Part shown: positions 51,963 through 63,094 of the stretch, piece after piece
Position numbering within the stretch: the first letter of the stretch is position 1
Layout of the letters: every line of letters starts with the position of its first letter
IMG/VR virus record: IMGVR_UViG_3300009031_000221
Location: 1-64,000 of that record
Direction: 5' to 3' (one strand)
Length of the DNA: 64,000 nt
DNA from: a virus
Lineage: Duplodnaviria; Caudoviricetes
The notes under the pieces: model-generated
What the model was told of the DNA's origin: nothing
Databases searched by the model: none
The model's input: the letters and a program-made list of their open reading frames with translations, nothing else
Translations under genes and position numbers: made by a program

Positions 51963-54900
51963 CTAAACGGTAATGTAAAATACAGCCCCTTGAGGCAACA
52001 AATTACCGCCCTGAAGGGTAAATGCCTTAAGAGGATCATGTACGCCATTCGTCAATGACACACTACCCCCGCCAAGCAGAGACTGTTGTGTGATATCCAC
52101 AACAGGAAGCGGAGGAGGAGGGATTGTCGGCGACGCGGAAAGAGCCCGCATTCCACCCCATGGGCCAAGGTGTGAAAAATCCCCTCCGCCAACCATTATA
52201 GCCAAAGCAGCCCCATCACCAACGACAGCGCCACTAGGGTTAGGATTGTAATTCGGTGGCAACGTAGGAGGAGTGCTATCCGAAGCGGCGGGCAACGTAT
52301 CATCTAGCAATGTGCTATGCCCAACTTGGTCTGTCAGCACTTCTTGCAATCGCATATACCATTGCGTACTACGGTTGATCGCCCCCGCATCCGTACCTGC
52401 TTTCACCGTTCCAGAACGAGCATTCGGGTAGAGAAGTACCGTGCCCGGACCTAATGTGCCGCCAAGGGGTTTCTGTCCTATGACCTTGCCTGTCCCATCA
52501 ACCACCGGCCCCATGTAATTGCCGCCAGAGGCCATGAAGAACTTGCCGGGCATGCCGCCGCCTTGTTCCAAAGCCTCTTTCTTGGGTGATATAGGATGCT
52601 CCGAAAACTCGCGACCCTTGAAATCTAGAACCTGCGCCCCTACACCTTGACCAACATGAACACCGGTATTGGCGCCTGTGTTGTCATAGATGAATTCGCC
52701 CTCATTCGAAGACCACCCGGACAGTCCGACTGGAAGTGTTCCTTCCCCAGCAATCGTAATGAGGCTGTTCCACCCACCGTTGTCTACGGTCATGAACTTC
52801 ATGTTTTCGTAAAGCGCTGCGGGAGATACTGTCAATGCCTCATAGATCGTATTTGGATCCGGGGCCAAATCTGGGTCTTGGTATATGCCCCCAGCGAATA
52901 CCAACTTTGTATCCGGGTCTTGTTGACTCTTCGGAACCGGAGGAGTGCCCTCGTTCAAAAGGGTCATACTATCCAGCAACGGCTGTGCCATCAAATACGT
53001 ATCCGTGACAGGCTTGCCAGGATAATAAGTCACTGCAACCGGATTTCCTGAGAACGTAACATAACTGTTGTTCGGTTCAGGAGCAGGCAATTGATTGAGC
53101 GTAATCAGTTGTGACAATGGATCAAATGTCCATTCATCCTGAGTATAAAGCCTATTTCCATCTACGATCTTGTAGATGTCACGGGCGTAGATGTGCGTAG
53201 GCTTGAGTGTGACCCAACGGAACCCTTGCCCCTTCACGACCTCTATGGGATTGATGACCACATTTTCCAGGGTCGCATCCAGAATGGGCTCGCCACTTGT
53301 CATGACATTGAACTGGTTCAACACCATATGCTGAGGCTGCTTCCAATCATCCGTCAACGGCTTGAATAGCCTGAAGTTCACATCCTCCCACCATTGCTGG
53401 GTGATAGACCGGGAATCAAATGACCCGAATCCGACAAATCCCATATTGCTGGGCACATAAGGAAGGTTGCGATACTCGACGTTGATCCAACCTGCAGCAG
53501 GGACAGCATTCTCCGTGGCGAAATCTGCAGGAGGTCCAAGGTAATATGGGGGCGGCGCCTGATCGGGGCGGAATACCGTGACACCCCATGTCCAAGTGCG
53601 TTGCACTCGAACCTGCATGGAGGAACGCCAGTCCATATCCTCAATGGTGGGGCCTACCTGATCAGAGTTCTTTGCCGATGATGAGTCCCTACGAGGGATT
53701 TCCCACTGGTCAATATCATCCTTGTCCCCGCCAAGCCAAACACCTAGTGTCCGATGTACGTTTGCATGTGGCAATACCGCGTAGGATGCAGCCCGCCAGA
53801 TAACCTTGCCCGCCCCTCCTACGTCCGTAACCCCGAACAGAGATCGATGATTACCGGAACCTTGTGCCCCGAACAAGGCAATGTTGACTGCAGGAGCCAT
53901 GAACGTTTCATCAACGAACAATGACACCGTGCCACTGGATTCAACCACCCGGTAAGTATGGAGCGCCCCGTCCGTCCAATCGAATGTGTATGCCTGAACC
54001 AAGGCGAAGTTATTAGGCTGAACCAAACGAACCTGAGGAGTTGCCCCATTCATATACAGGGTTACTGCTACCCCATCCGTTGCTGCAGCGCCTACATCAG
54101 CCGTCATGAATATGCCGGTGGCACCTGTTGCATGCGGAACGTAAGCAGCATCGACCGCAATTGATGCCTCAATAACTCGATCCCCGCTATCAGGAGCAAT
54201 CAAATTCGCCATTGGAAGGGCTTTGGAGTACCGAACAAATTGACCCAGGACTTGATCAATTACCAAATCGGATTCGTGGTTATAGGCGTCCCCGGTAACA
54301 GGGTCTAGGATCTTTGTCCACCCCTGTTCACTGAGTTTCACCAAGCCCGCCATACTGACTGCAGGCATACGGACGATTTGCCTGTATGGGTCAAGGGCTA
54401 CATTCTCGTAATAGGCGATTGTGGCTACCCGAGCTTCCCTTGTCCCATCATTCAGGACAATCTCGGCATCCCCCGCACCAAGAACAGCACTATCCACATG
54501 GAACGTTGCTGTCAAGTCTATATTAGAATCCTTCGTGAAGAAGGGTTCATTACGCCCATAGGCAAATGTCGTGTTCAGGGTTTCATTGGATGACGTGGAC
54601 TTGATGCATAGTTCCCCGCCTAGGAGCCTCGAATATCCAAATGCTTGTGTTTGGAACCATGATTGATCCGGTTGATCTTCAGGCAATACGGACATATCCG
54701 TTGTTGCCATCTTCGAGTGCCCGCGAATGGCGGTATCGTCAGGGACAACGCCGTAACGGATGAAACTCCACGAGGCGTTACTCTTGGCAACGTAACTCAA
54801 TGACCCCCAGAAAACGGCTCCCGTATCCTGTCCGCCCTGTCCAAGGAACAATGCCAACGATGTTTCCGCCGGCTGCGGGGTTGCCGTCACAACGTCATCA

Positions 54901-57539
54901 AATTCAGTCACAAATGTCGATGTCAAACCTGCCATCGACAACTGCACAAGCTTCTTCGCAGCCTGTTTCACTCCAAATCGATCTACGTTGACCCGATTTA
55001 CCAAGGTCATACGGTAAGTTGAAGGCTTCCCTGTCCAAATAGTCTCGAATAGCGCATCGGGATACTTGTTGCCGTACTTATTAATCGCAGCCGGGAATGC
55101 CGTGGTCAATGTCAGCGTTGTGTTACCATCACTATGCCGAACGATATGAGAAACCGTATAGACACCCGCCTGCGTCTGAGGTGCCAGAATCTGGAATCGA
55201 TTGCCTACAACGATACTCGTTGGAATCGATGCAGTTGGGAAGCTGACCGTGGTCGGGGTTAGAATTGTAGCCTTGACTTTAGGCCCGATCTGCCACGAAG
55301 CCAATAGATGCGGATACCGGGCGTCTACCAATAGACCAACGTGCTCTACATCGTTTACCTTCAGGTTGCCTACCAGGTAGAGCCGTTTGTCATCGTGGAT
55401 ACCAAAACCAACACCGGAGAACACCCCATCCAAAGTCGTACTGTTTACCATGTATCGAGACACTACGGTCACAGATGATGGGAATGACAAATCTGTCCCA
55501 TGCCGATACAGGGTGCAAGGAGGGTTAGCGGAGTAGGATCCCGTTTGGTTGTCGTCTACAACATAGGTGATGTCCTGAATCGTATTGCCATTCACAACGA
55601 TATCGTGAATGGCTACGCCGCCTGCGTCTGCCCCAACCAATTCCCAGGCATCATTGACCGGGGGAGTCGTACCTTCATAGGCAACGCTTACACCCTGAGG
55701 GATTTGCTCGAATCCAGGGATCAGGTAATTGGCAGGGTTCTGATTGAGCACCATCGTTGTGGCGCTATTCAACAATGCAGAGGATTCCTTCTCGAATCCC
55801 ATATACCGATGCCCGATTAGCAAAGGCTCAGGCGTATCCATGGGCCCAAGGACAATGCCCATGGGGAATCGAGAAATATCGGGAGCGCCACGCCTATTGT
55901 ATGGGATGTACGTCAACAGCCGAGTATCCCAGCCCGTCCAATCAACGGCACCGTTGTCATGGAATCCGTTGATGTTGCGATCCCACTTGTTCAGCACCTG
56001 ACCATCGGCATTCAAGCCTGTCATCTCCATGACAGGACTTGCCAACCATATGTAGTCCGCCTTCACATCAATGCTGCCAGGAGGCATAAACGGAATTGGG
56101 ACGGCAAGGGTAATCTTGCCAATGTGAGGATTGACATCGGATACAACAACAGGAACGTTGTTGACCCGAACGGCCACATCATTCTTGGTGGCGGGGGTCA
56201 TGTCTCCCCAGTCCTTCACCAAGGGGCCGCGATTCGTCAGGATAAAGTCTCGAGTCAGGGCATTTGACCCTTGGAATACCGATTGCCAATCGTGCAGGAA
56301 GTTCCATGCTGCGGAATAAACCGTATGGCTAGCGAATGCATTGATGGAATCAAGTCTGAATCCTGCTATGCTTGTAGCGGCATCCAACAATGCAAAGGAC
56401 ACACCGGGAATATTTGATGCACAAACCCCATCCAAGTTTGTAATGAGGGTTGACCACACGGGCAAACCATTCACTACAAGGGTGTAGATTCCCGCCAAGG
56501 CATTCCGAATAAACGAAATGTGAGCAGGCCCCGTTGACCAACCTGATAGGATAACGACACTGAAAGTTCCGCTACTTACGTAGATTTCATCCACGCCTGC
56601 ATTCTGTCGAAATACAATATTGACTAATGCCCCTCCATTTGCAATATCTGCCACAGCCAATTGTGCTATCGGCACAATGCCTACAAAGGAAGACAAAGGC
56701 GGGGTGTAAACAGCCGTGCTAGCATCAAATATGGCGTCTACTTGATAAGTAGATGTGGGGTCTAACCTTCCAGTAATGTCCCCGAAGTCCCACCCATACA
56801 CAACGGATGCAGGGCGGGAAATTTCTAGAACTCCACCCGATACTACAGAAGTGCCCACACCGGGATTAATTTCACTGCCGACAAAGTTAGTCCCCGCCGA
56901 AGGCAAATACGACCCATCGTACTCAGCAATCCCAGCAGGAGCAATACGGCTAGTGTAATGCAGGGTTGTCATCCCTAAAGTGCGTAGTAATATCTTGGTG
57001 TAATCGCCCTCATAGGGAAATACGACGCTATCGATTTGAATCCCAATAGGGTAGGACTCTACGGCTAATATTGAATATAGGGCAGGGTCTGAAAGATCCT
57101 GAGGTAGAAGGGGGTGGCTAAATGTGAGTAGGATGTCTTCGCCTGTTGGGCACGTTACGGCATACGTAGGGGATTCCCCTAGAGCGTAAAACGTAACAAC
57201 AGTGGCGTCGATAGGAATGCCGTGAATACTAGTTGGGCCGGAAGCCGAAACATCATACGTCCCACCCATGGTTGTACCAGAGTGTGCAATGATGACAGAA
57301 GTCGCCCACGTATCCCCATAAACCCCTAATACCACACTGGATATAATGGGGGTTGCCCCAATGATAGGAGAAAATGAATAGGACGCTGAATCAAGTAGCG
57401 CCAGGTTTGACAGCGCCATGGGTTCCGAAAACGTTACCTCTATTTCCCATCCATCAAGGCTGACCACGGATATAATGGATGGTGTAGAAACCATCCATTG
57501 ACCCATCGGCCATGGTAATATCGGGGAACCAGGAAGCAT
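51963..57539 (-). CDS. Very large virion protein with N-terminal Ig-like and repeated beta-sandwich domains
   Basis: 1858 aa; EVTFSEPM and LLTFSHPL Ig-like starts; lies in the baseplate operon. Confidence 0.7.
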   Translation of the reverse strand: MLPGSPILPWPMGQWMVSTPSIISVVSLDGWEIEVTFSEPMALSNLALLDSASYSFSPIIGATPIISSVVLGVYGDTWATSVIIAHSGTTMGGTYDVSASGPTSIHGIPIDATVVTFYALGESPTYAVTCPTGEDILLTFSHPLLPQDLSDPALYSILAVESYPIGIQIDSVVFPYEGDYTKILLRTLGMTTLHYTSRIAPAGIAEYDGSYLPSAGTNFVGSEINPGVGTSVVSGGVLEISRPASVVYGWDFGDITGRLDPTSTYQVDAIFDASTAVYTPPLSSFVGIVPIAQLAVADIANGGALVNIVFRQNAGVDEIYVSSGTFSVVILSGWSTGPAHISFIRNALAGIYTLVVNGLPVWSTLITNLDGVCASNIPGVSFALLDAATSIAGFRLDSINAFASHTVYSAAWNFLHDWQSVFQGSNALTRDFILTNRGPLVKDWGDMTPATKNDVAVRVNNVPVVVSDVNPHIGKITLAVPIPFMPPGSIDVKADYIWLASPVMEMTGLNADGQVLNKWDRNINGFHDNGAVDWTGWDTRLLTYIPYNRRGAPDISRFPMGIVLGPMDTPEPLLIGHRYMGFEKESSALLNSATTMVLNQNPANYLIPGFEQIPQGVSVAYEGTTPPVNDAWELVGADAGGVAIHDIVVNGNTIQDITYVVDDNQTGSYSANPPCTLYRHGTDLSFPSSVTVVSRYMVNSTTLDGVFSGVGFGIHDDKRLYLVGNLKVNDVEHVGLLVDARYPHLLASWQIGPKVKATILTPTTVSFPTASIPTSIVVGNRFQILAPQTQAGVYTVSHIVRHSDGNTTLTLTTAFPAAINKYGNKYPDALFETIWTGKPSTYRMTLVNRVNVDRFGVKQAAKKLVQLSMAGLTSTFVTEFDDVVTATPQPAETSLALFLGQGGQDTGAVFWGSLSYVAKSNASWSFIRYGVVPDDTAIRGHSKMATTDMSVLPEDQPDQSWFQTQAFGYSRLLGGELCIKSTSSNETLNTTFAYGRNEPFFTKDSNIDLTATFHVDSAVLGAGDAEIVLNDGTREARVATIAYYENVALDPYRQIVRMPAVSMAGLVKLSEQGWTKILDPVTGDAYNHESDLVIDQVLGQFVRYSKALPMANLIAPDSGDRVIEASIAVDAAYVPHATGATGIFMTADVGAAATDGVAVTLYMNGATPQVRLVQPNNFALVQAYTFDWTDGALHTYRVVESSGTVSLFVDETFMAPAVNIALFGAQGSGNHRSLFGVTDVGGAGKVIWRAASYAVLPHANVHRTLGVWLGGDKDDIDQWEIPRRDSSSAKNSDQVGPTIEDMDWRSSMQVRVQRTWTWGVTVFRPDQAPPPYYLGPPADFATENAVPAAGWINVEYRNLPYVPSNMGFVGFGSFDSRSITQQWWEDVNFRLFKPLTDDWKQPQHMVLNQFNVMTSGEPILDATLENVVINPIEVVKGQGFRWVTLKPTHIYARDIYKIVDGNRLYTQDEWTFDPLSQLITLNQLPAPEPNNSYVTFSGNPVAVTYYPGKPVTDTYLMAQPLLDSMTLLNEGTPPVPKSQQDPDTKLVFAGGIYQDPDLAPDPNTIYEALTVSPAALYENMKFMTVDNGGWNSLITIAGEGTLPVGLSGWSSNEGEFIYDNTGANTGVHVGQGVGAQVLDFKGREFSEHPISPKKEALEQGGGMPGKFFMASGGNYMGPVVDGTGKVIGQKPLGGTLGPGTVLLYPNARSGTVKAGTDAGAINRSTQWYMRLQEVLTDQVGHSTLLDDTLPAASDSTPPTLPPNYNPNPSGAVVGDGAALAIMVGGGDFSHLGPWGGMRALSASPTIPPPPLPVVDITQQSLLGGGSVSLTNGVHDPLKAFTLQGGNLLPQGAVFYITV

Positions 57540-57549
57540 GGATTACCCC

Positions 57550-58125
57550 TTAGGCAGGAACTTCGGGTTTCCCACGTTCGTACACATTACCCAGTATTCC
57601 AGTAGGATTCCCGTCCGCGTCTTTCAAAGGCCACCAGCTTAATAGCACAAGCCCCGTATCATCATAAATTTCTAACCGTTGGGCTGCCACATTTAGCTTG
57701 GTCCTGTTGTTTGCGATAGTTGCAGCAATGGTGGATTGATTCGCGGCATTTGCCATGTGCGTTGCAACCAAATCCGATGCAGCGCACAACCCCTCATACC
57801 TATAACCCCATTCAAACATGCCGTTCTGAGAGCTATAAGTCCCATCTTCAATGACTGCGGTACTAAATAGAAACAGCCCAGATCTGTAATTCCCAGCGTT
57901 AGGGATTATCAGGACCCATTCCCCATAAGTGGGGTCAACGGTGGTATTAACAAACCCACCACCACCACCGGTCAGGCACAAGTAATTCACTCTTACCGTA
58001 TAGCTAACCGGAAACATTGGGGCGATAGATTTGATTGTGTTGGCGGGCACGCTGCCGTTCAATTTCCAAGGACGTTCCAGAACTATGATAACGTCATCTG
58101 TAGCACGGAACTGATACATGGTCAC
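57550..58125 (-). CDS. Hypothetical, probably virion-associated protein
   Basis: 191 aa, GAGG ribosome-binding site, within the structural operon. Confidence 0.6.
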   Translation of the reverse strand: MTMYQFRATDDVIIVLERPWKLNGSVPANTIKSIAPMFPVSYTVRVNYLCLTGGGGGFVNTTVDPTYGEWVLIIPNAGNYRSGLFLFSTAVIEDGTYSSQNGMFEWGYRYEGLCAASDLVATHMANAANQSTIAATIANNRTKLNVAAQRLEIYDDTGLVLLSWWPLKDADGNPTGILGNVYERGKPEVPA

Positions 58126-58168
58126 CTCGATTCTTCAAGCACCCTACAAACTAGCCTAGATAACCCTT

Positions 58169-59563
58169 CTACCGCACAAACCAAGTCGTATAGTCCTCAT
58201 TCGTAATCTGATGAGGCACCTGAACACCCAATCGGTCTACATCCACTCGATACATTTGACTCGTCGAGGCAACACCCATTCGGGGCTGAACCCTCAAGAT
58301 ACTCGGAGAAATACGAATCGAATTACCTGTCCCAGTCGTCCCCGTAGCCCCAATCGGACCTCCATTCAGGCCCAACAGGCTCTTGATTCGGTACGTCCCC
58401 GCATTGGGGCCTGTCGTGAATGTGATCGTTGCCCCTTCCAATGCGGTTGCCCACAATACCTGATTAGGATCCGTCACTACCGACCCTCCAGATATAGTAG
58501 CCGTTCCTGACAATCCCCCACTAGTTGTGTAGGGTCTAAGGGTTGAATCCGCCGCTAGGGGGAAAGCCAGAATCTCAACCACCCGATAGCTACCGTGGAA
58601 CCCCTCGAGTCTGCCATCGGGAGTTGTTGCATCATTGTCCCCACCCATGTTTGGGCCAGATAGAATGGTGAGCACCGCCCCAGGGTTGATGTTCGTAAAG
58701 TCCCTAGCAGGGTCCGAAAACAATGTTCTATCAGTCAGGGTTGTCCCGCTACCCGTAATACTCTCGGCACCAATCCAATATCGGCGCATGTCCTGGTAAT
58801 GGTAATCCCGATAATCATAAGCGGTATATGTTTCCGTGAACGCAGGCTTGAAGGTTTCCTTGAACAAATGCCGGTATTCATACAGAACGTGGGCAGGCTT
58901 CAGTGCCCGTAAAACAAGCTGGACATTCCGTTGAAGGGTGAAGGGATCCGTTGGAAATGTGTAAAGAACAACGGGTTCACCATCAACCTCGATGGTTGCA
59001 CCTTCTTGACTTACGTTCACCTCAAAGGTGAACAAATCATTCGACCCCCATGCAGATTTGCCATTGAGTTTACGAGCTTCGATCCCACGTTCGATAATTT
59101 CAACGGTTGCCGTGGTCAGAAGCTCAATGCCCTCCTTCATGGTAGCCTTGGTCGCGCCCTGAAGTAGGAGCGTGACCATCCGTTGCAAGAAGGTGCGATA
59201 TGTGATGTCACCTTCAAGATCGGGATACCCGGATTCCATTGCATCGGGAAATACGAGGTTACCGAGGATCTGGTACAGAACCTCAGACCGTGTGTAATCG
59301 TACATGGAGTCCGCAAGAACTTCCTGAGCAGTGATTTGGAAGTCCGCAATCCGTTCCGCTGCCGCCTGAAACTGGATCGTATAGAACGGACCAGGGACTT
59401 GGCTGGCGTAGTTACTAGGCAACAACTTGAAGAACGCCTCCATCACCCGATCCATTTGGGCACGGACAGCATCCTTGCGAGCTTGACTGTCCGCCAGCAT
59501 CGGAGCAGGATTCTGCTGAACGAGGGTTGGTAGAAGATTCTTGTCCTGTGGCTGATCTGCCAT
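58169..59563 (-). CDS. Baseplate wedge protein (P2 gpI-like)
   Basis: Follows baseplate J; YRTFLQRMVTLLLQGAT..., RNVQLVLRALKPAHVLY. Confidence 0.75.
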   Translation of the reverse strand: MADQPQDKNLLPTLVQQNPAPMLADSQARKDAVRAQMDRVMEAFFKLLPSNYASQVPGPFYTIQFQAAAERIADFQITAQEVLADSMYDYTRSEVLYQILGNLVFPDAMESGYPDLEGDITYRTFLQRMVTLLLQGATKATMKEGIELLTTATVEIIERGIEARKLNGKSAWGSNDLFTFEVNVSQEGATIEVDGEPVVLYTFPTDPFTLQRNVQLVLRALKPAHVLYEYRHLFKETFKPAFTETYTAYDYRDYHYQDMRRYWIGAESITGSGTTLTDRTLFSDPARDFTNINPGAVLTILSGPNMGGDNDATTPDGRLEGFHGSYRVVEILAFPLAADSTLRPYTTSGGLSGTATISGGSVVTDPNQVLWATALEGATITFTTGPNAGTYRIKSLLGLNGGPIGATGTTGTGNSIRISPSILRVQPRMGVASTSQMYRVDVDRLGVQVPHQITNEDYTTWFVR

Positions 59564-62500
59564 TACCGACTCCTACCCTTGACCAGTGCTTCAAAGTTCG
59601 TATCCTCATCATATGTGAATTCCAAGTCCCCAAGCTCCAGGTAATCCGTAGGGCCGGGCTCAATATTCTTGACGCCCGAGTCCCCGTAAACAACGTAGGA
59701 TACCGTGTACGATCCTGTCGCAGGGGTTTCCGGGGACTTCAATGCCACTAAAATACGCCGGCTTGTGATTGACTTCCGTATGGTTAGGATCTGCGACGCC
59801 TTCTTGTCCGGGTCACTTGGCAACACATAGTTCGCAATGATAGTGGCATCATCGCTATATCCGGGAATATTGAGCCCGTCATTGCCAATGATGTACGAAG
59901 CATCCGCCGTCATCTTGATTGGGACACCATTTGCATCCGGGGCTATATCATAGTTTGTCAACAACACCGGGCCTTTGAACACCCCACGGAAGTCATTGAT
60001 CTCCCCCCCGCTACCAATCGTGCCCGACTCCAAACGCTGCGTAATGAAGTAAACCTTCACGTTATTAGTAGACCATGCGGAGATTTGAACGTAGTCCGTC
60101 CCCAATTCACTGGACACTAGGGCTTCCCGAACAATGATAGAACCATCGGACTTGCACATCGTCACCAAAGGCAACACAACGTAAGAAACGTCCTTCGTGT
60201 TGTCGATGACTGCCCCAATGTCAGATTGGCGTACGGGCTGTCCTAAACCAAAGCTCCCGAAGAGCCGGGCAAGGTTCGTGCGAATTGCACCATCAATCGT
60301 AGCCGCGGACTTATCCTTGACGATGACAACCGTAGCCTTGATATTAACCCCCGTCGGAATCGAATCCTTCACAAGCACGTCCGCCGTAACATGGCGATCC
60401 AAGTCAATAGCGTTTTGTGTGATAGATACTAGCGAGTTAGCTGTGTAATTGATGACGAAATTCTCATCATGTTCATAGCTGATTAGAAGCGTATCCCCGT
60501 CAATGAATCGGGCGGTGGTGGTAGCCTTGAACCCCATGGGAGTTGTGCCAGTTTCATCAACGAATGTGAAATCGCGATTACCTAGGCTCAACGGGTGGAA
60601 GGGCCCAATGTATTCTACCGTTTTGTCCACATTCCAAATGCGTACTGTCATGGGGTTGATGCCCAGGCTTTGTAGATATTCAGTTCCGCCCAGGAATACG
60701 TGATTCTCATCAGTAATCACAACGGGATCCCCTGACGGCAGCACGCCCGTTGTGCCAGGATCCAAAGGCTGGATGACTTTCATGTAGTCCCCAGCCTCAG
60801 ACGAACGACCCATATCCAAAGGATCACTTCCATGGAACAATTTGTATGTGTCCGGATCTACGGTGCCCGTCTTCTCCCCAATCAAACTGGAAATGGCAGT
60901 CACAGGTTGGCGAGTAAACACATACCGATTACTTGTCCGGTACCGATATGACCCCGTGAATACGTCCCCCAAATGAAGGTGCGAAGGGTCATTATACGTA
61001 GAGGACAACTGGATCCGGTCAGGAGCTATCAACACCGCATTGGTAAGATCCATAACATTGCCGTTATGCGTGAACTCAATCCCCCATGTTGGGATGACAA
61101 GCATCTCAATGATGGGATTATCTGCGGTCAATGCGGGATTGATCGCCCGGAATAACATGTTGGCAACATCTCCCACGGGTTCAAACTGACCGTTCTTCAC
61201 CGTGTCAAAGGTGAATGCAAACGAGTCGGACAGGGTCGATACATTGTCCCCACGCACCCACACGTCCACCTTGCCGCCCGTATGTTTGCCCAAGGCCACA
61301 TCGTAGTCCCGCATCATCAACGTGTGCCCAGCGTCCACTACGTTGACCTGACGGATACCCGGGACCTCAATGGCGTTCTGTGAATAGCCTCGGTACGTGC
61401 CCGAGTCAACTGCCGAAAGAACACCCTCAGCACGAGCAGCCAAGTCCTGATTCGATTCCGTATCCGTACCCCCGAATGTCTGGGAGTCATTGATTACCTG
61501 AACGTTATTAGGAGCCCCCGTGATAACCCGAATCTGTCCGGGAGCTAAGTTTCCATTTGATCCAGTGCTATTGGCCTGGATGAAGGCTCGAGAGTAATAA
61601 CGACCTGTAGAGGGATTGTAGAACGTCGTACCCCCAAAGGATGAAATCTCGGCGGCGGATGTTGTAAGGAACGTTGCGCCATTACCTCCCGATACGGAAG
61701 TCCCGATTGGGATGCTCAGAGTTCCGTTTGGCTTGGACGTTGTGTATAACGTCACCTCGCCCTGTGCTCGCGTTCCCGTCTTACGAATCGTGCCACGACG
61801 GGCTGCCAAGTGGTCAAACATGTTATCGATCATGTTCTGTACGGACTGATTGTCCTTGAGATAGAATGCCTGCCGCAACGTCAATTTGTACTGAGACTGA
61901 TCTACCGCAATAGATTCACCGGTATTGCCTGGGTCATCAATCGGCAAAAGAGTTGCAGGCGCCTGTGCCGCCTGAAGGAACCCAATGATGAATCGAACCC
62001 GTTCAGCCTCCGTCGAGAATGGATCGATGACCGTATCCCGAAGGACACTACCGGGCTTGATATCCACATCCGGGTGCGACCGGAAAATAGACAACGAAGC
62101 ATCCCGGATAATTTGCTGCCGTGCGACCGTTGGCAGGGAAGCTATGGCAGGGGTAACAATGAGGGGAGCCGCAGCAACCTCAGGAGAGAAAGCCGACTCG
62201 TATTCCACATTATCAATCAGGTATACCGCCGTAACCACATAGTAAAGCGGGTCAGTATCAGGAATAGCGTTGAAGTCTGAATTGGGGATGGCGGGGAAGT
62301 CCATCGAAGACTCAGTGGATCGGCGATCATGTGTAAAGGAGAACCGTTCGGTCTGGCGAATACCCTCTACCACCATTGTTGTCCGCATCCGTGAGGTTGT
62401 CTCCGGGATGGTCAACAACTGATCAAAATCCGTTTGGAATACATTCGCATTCCGATCCATCTGGACCCCAGTGACCCGAAGATACTGAGGTGTCGATTTC

Positions 62501-63093
62501 TGGGATCCATCCTGGTTCACGGCAACAGGAGCATCTACGGAAAGATTTCCAATGTTGTCATAAACCTGAATTGGAGTCCCGGAAATAACCATATGCAGAT
62601 TGATCTGGGTGTATCCAATGGATCCCCCACCCGGTGCGGTAGATGCGTAGAAGTTGTACCCAACCACATTGTTGTCTGCAACTCCATCGACCGTAATTGC
62701 GACCCGTTGATCAAAGCGTTCTACAAATACGCCTGAAGGTGCCAGCACTCCGGCCTTGATGTCTCTGTCCAAGGACAGATTGGCTTCAATGATTCCAGGT
62801 GCCGTCACCTCCCCATTCGACATAATAGCTTTGACTTCGATGTGATTAGCACCGGGCAAGAGCCGCAGTCCTTGTGGGTATGCTGAAGGGTTAGGAACAA
62901 TGAAGGTTGTCCCTTCAAAGTAGATGCTATCGGGATCCGAAGTCCAACCATTGGAACGAATCTTGATTTGCATGTCTACCGTATCGGCATCCATCTTTCC
63001 GACGAAAAACCGCGAGGTCATATCAGTCGTGAAAATATAGCGATCCCGATACACGCCATCGGGGCCTTGAAACTGTGGGGTCTTCGTAGCCAT
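59563..63093 (-). CDS. Baseplate J-like protein
   Basis: DIKPGSVLRD, FDHLAARRGTIRK.GTRAQGEVT, GSNGNLAPG, GGTDTESNQDLAAR, GHTGGKVDVWV. Confidence 0.88.
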   Translation of the reverse strand: MATKTPQFQGPDGVYRDRYIFTTDMTSRFFVGKMDADTVDMQIKIRSNGWTSDPDSIYFEGTTFIVPNPSAYPQGLRLLPGANHIEVKAIMSNGEVTAPGIIEANLSLDRDIKAGVLAPSGVFVERFDQRVAITVDGVADNNVVGYNFYASTAPGGGSIGYTQINLHMVISGTPIQVYDNIGNLSVDAPVAVNQDGSQKSTPQYLRVTGVQMDRNANVFQTDFDQLLTIPETTSRMRTTMVVEGIRQTERFSFTHDRRSTESSMDFPAIPNSDFNAIPDTDPLYYVVTAVYLIDNVEYESAFSPEVAAAPLIVTPAIASLPTVARQQIIRDASLSIFRSHPDVDIKPGSVLRDTVIDPFSTEAERVRFIIGFLQAAQAPATLLPIDDPGNTGESIAVDQSQYKLTLRQAFYLKDNQSVQNMIDNMFDHLAARRGTIRKTGTRAQGEVTLYTTSKPNGTLSIPIGTSVSGGNGATFLTTSAAEISSFGGTTFYNPSTGRYYSRAFIQANSTGSNGNLAPGQIRVITGAPNNVQVINDSQTFGGTDTESNQDLAARAEGVLSAVDSGTYRGYSQNAIEVPGIRQVNVVDAGHTLMMRDYDVALGKHTGGKVDVWVRGDNVSTLSDSFAFTFDTVKNGQFEPVGDVANMLFRAINPALTADNPIIEMLVIPTWGIEFTHNGNVMDLTNAVLIAPDRIQLSSTYNDPSHLHLGDVFTGSYRYRTSNRYVFTRQPVTAISSLIGEKTGTVDPDTYKLFHGSDPLDMGRSSEAGDYMKVIQPLDPGTTGVLPSGDPVVITDENHVFLGGTEYLQSLGINPMTVRIWNVDKTVEYIGPFHPLSLGNRDFTFVDETGTTPMGFKATTTARFIDGDTLLISYEHDENFVINYTANSLVSITQNAIDLDRHVTADVLVKDSIPTGVNIKATVVIVKDKSAATIDGAIRTNLARLFGSFGLGQPVRQSDIGAVIDNTKDVSYVVLPLVTMCKSDGSIIVREALVSSELGTDYVQISAWSTNNVKVYFITQRLESGTIGSGGEINDFRGVFKGPVLLTNYDIAPDANGVPIKMTADASYIIGNDGLNIPGYSDDATIIANYVLPSDPDKKASQILTIRKSITSRRILVALKSPETPATGSYTVSYVVYGDSGVKNIEPGPTDYLELGDLEFTYDEDTNFEALVKGRSR

Positions 63094-63094
63094 A

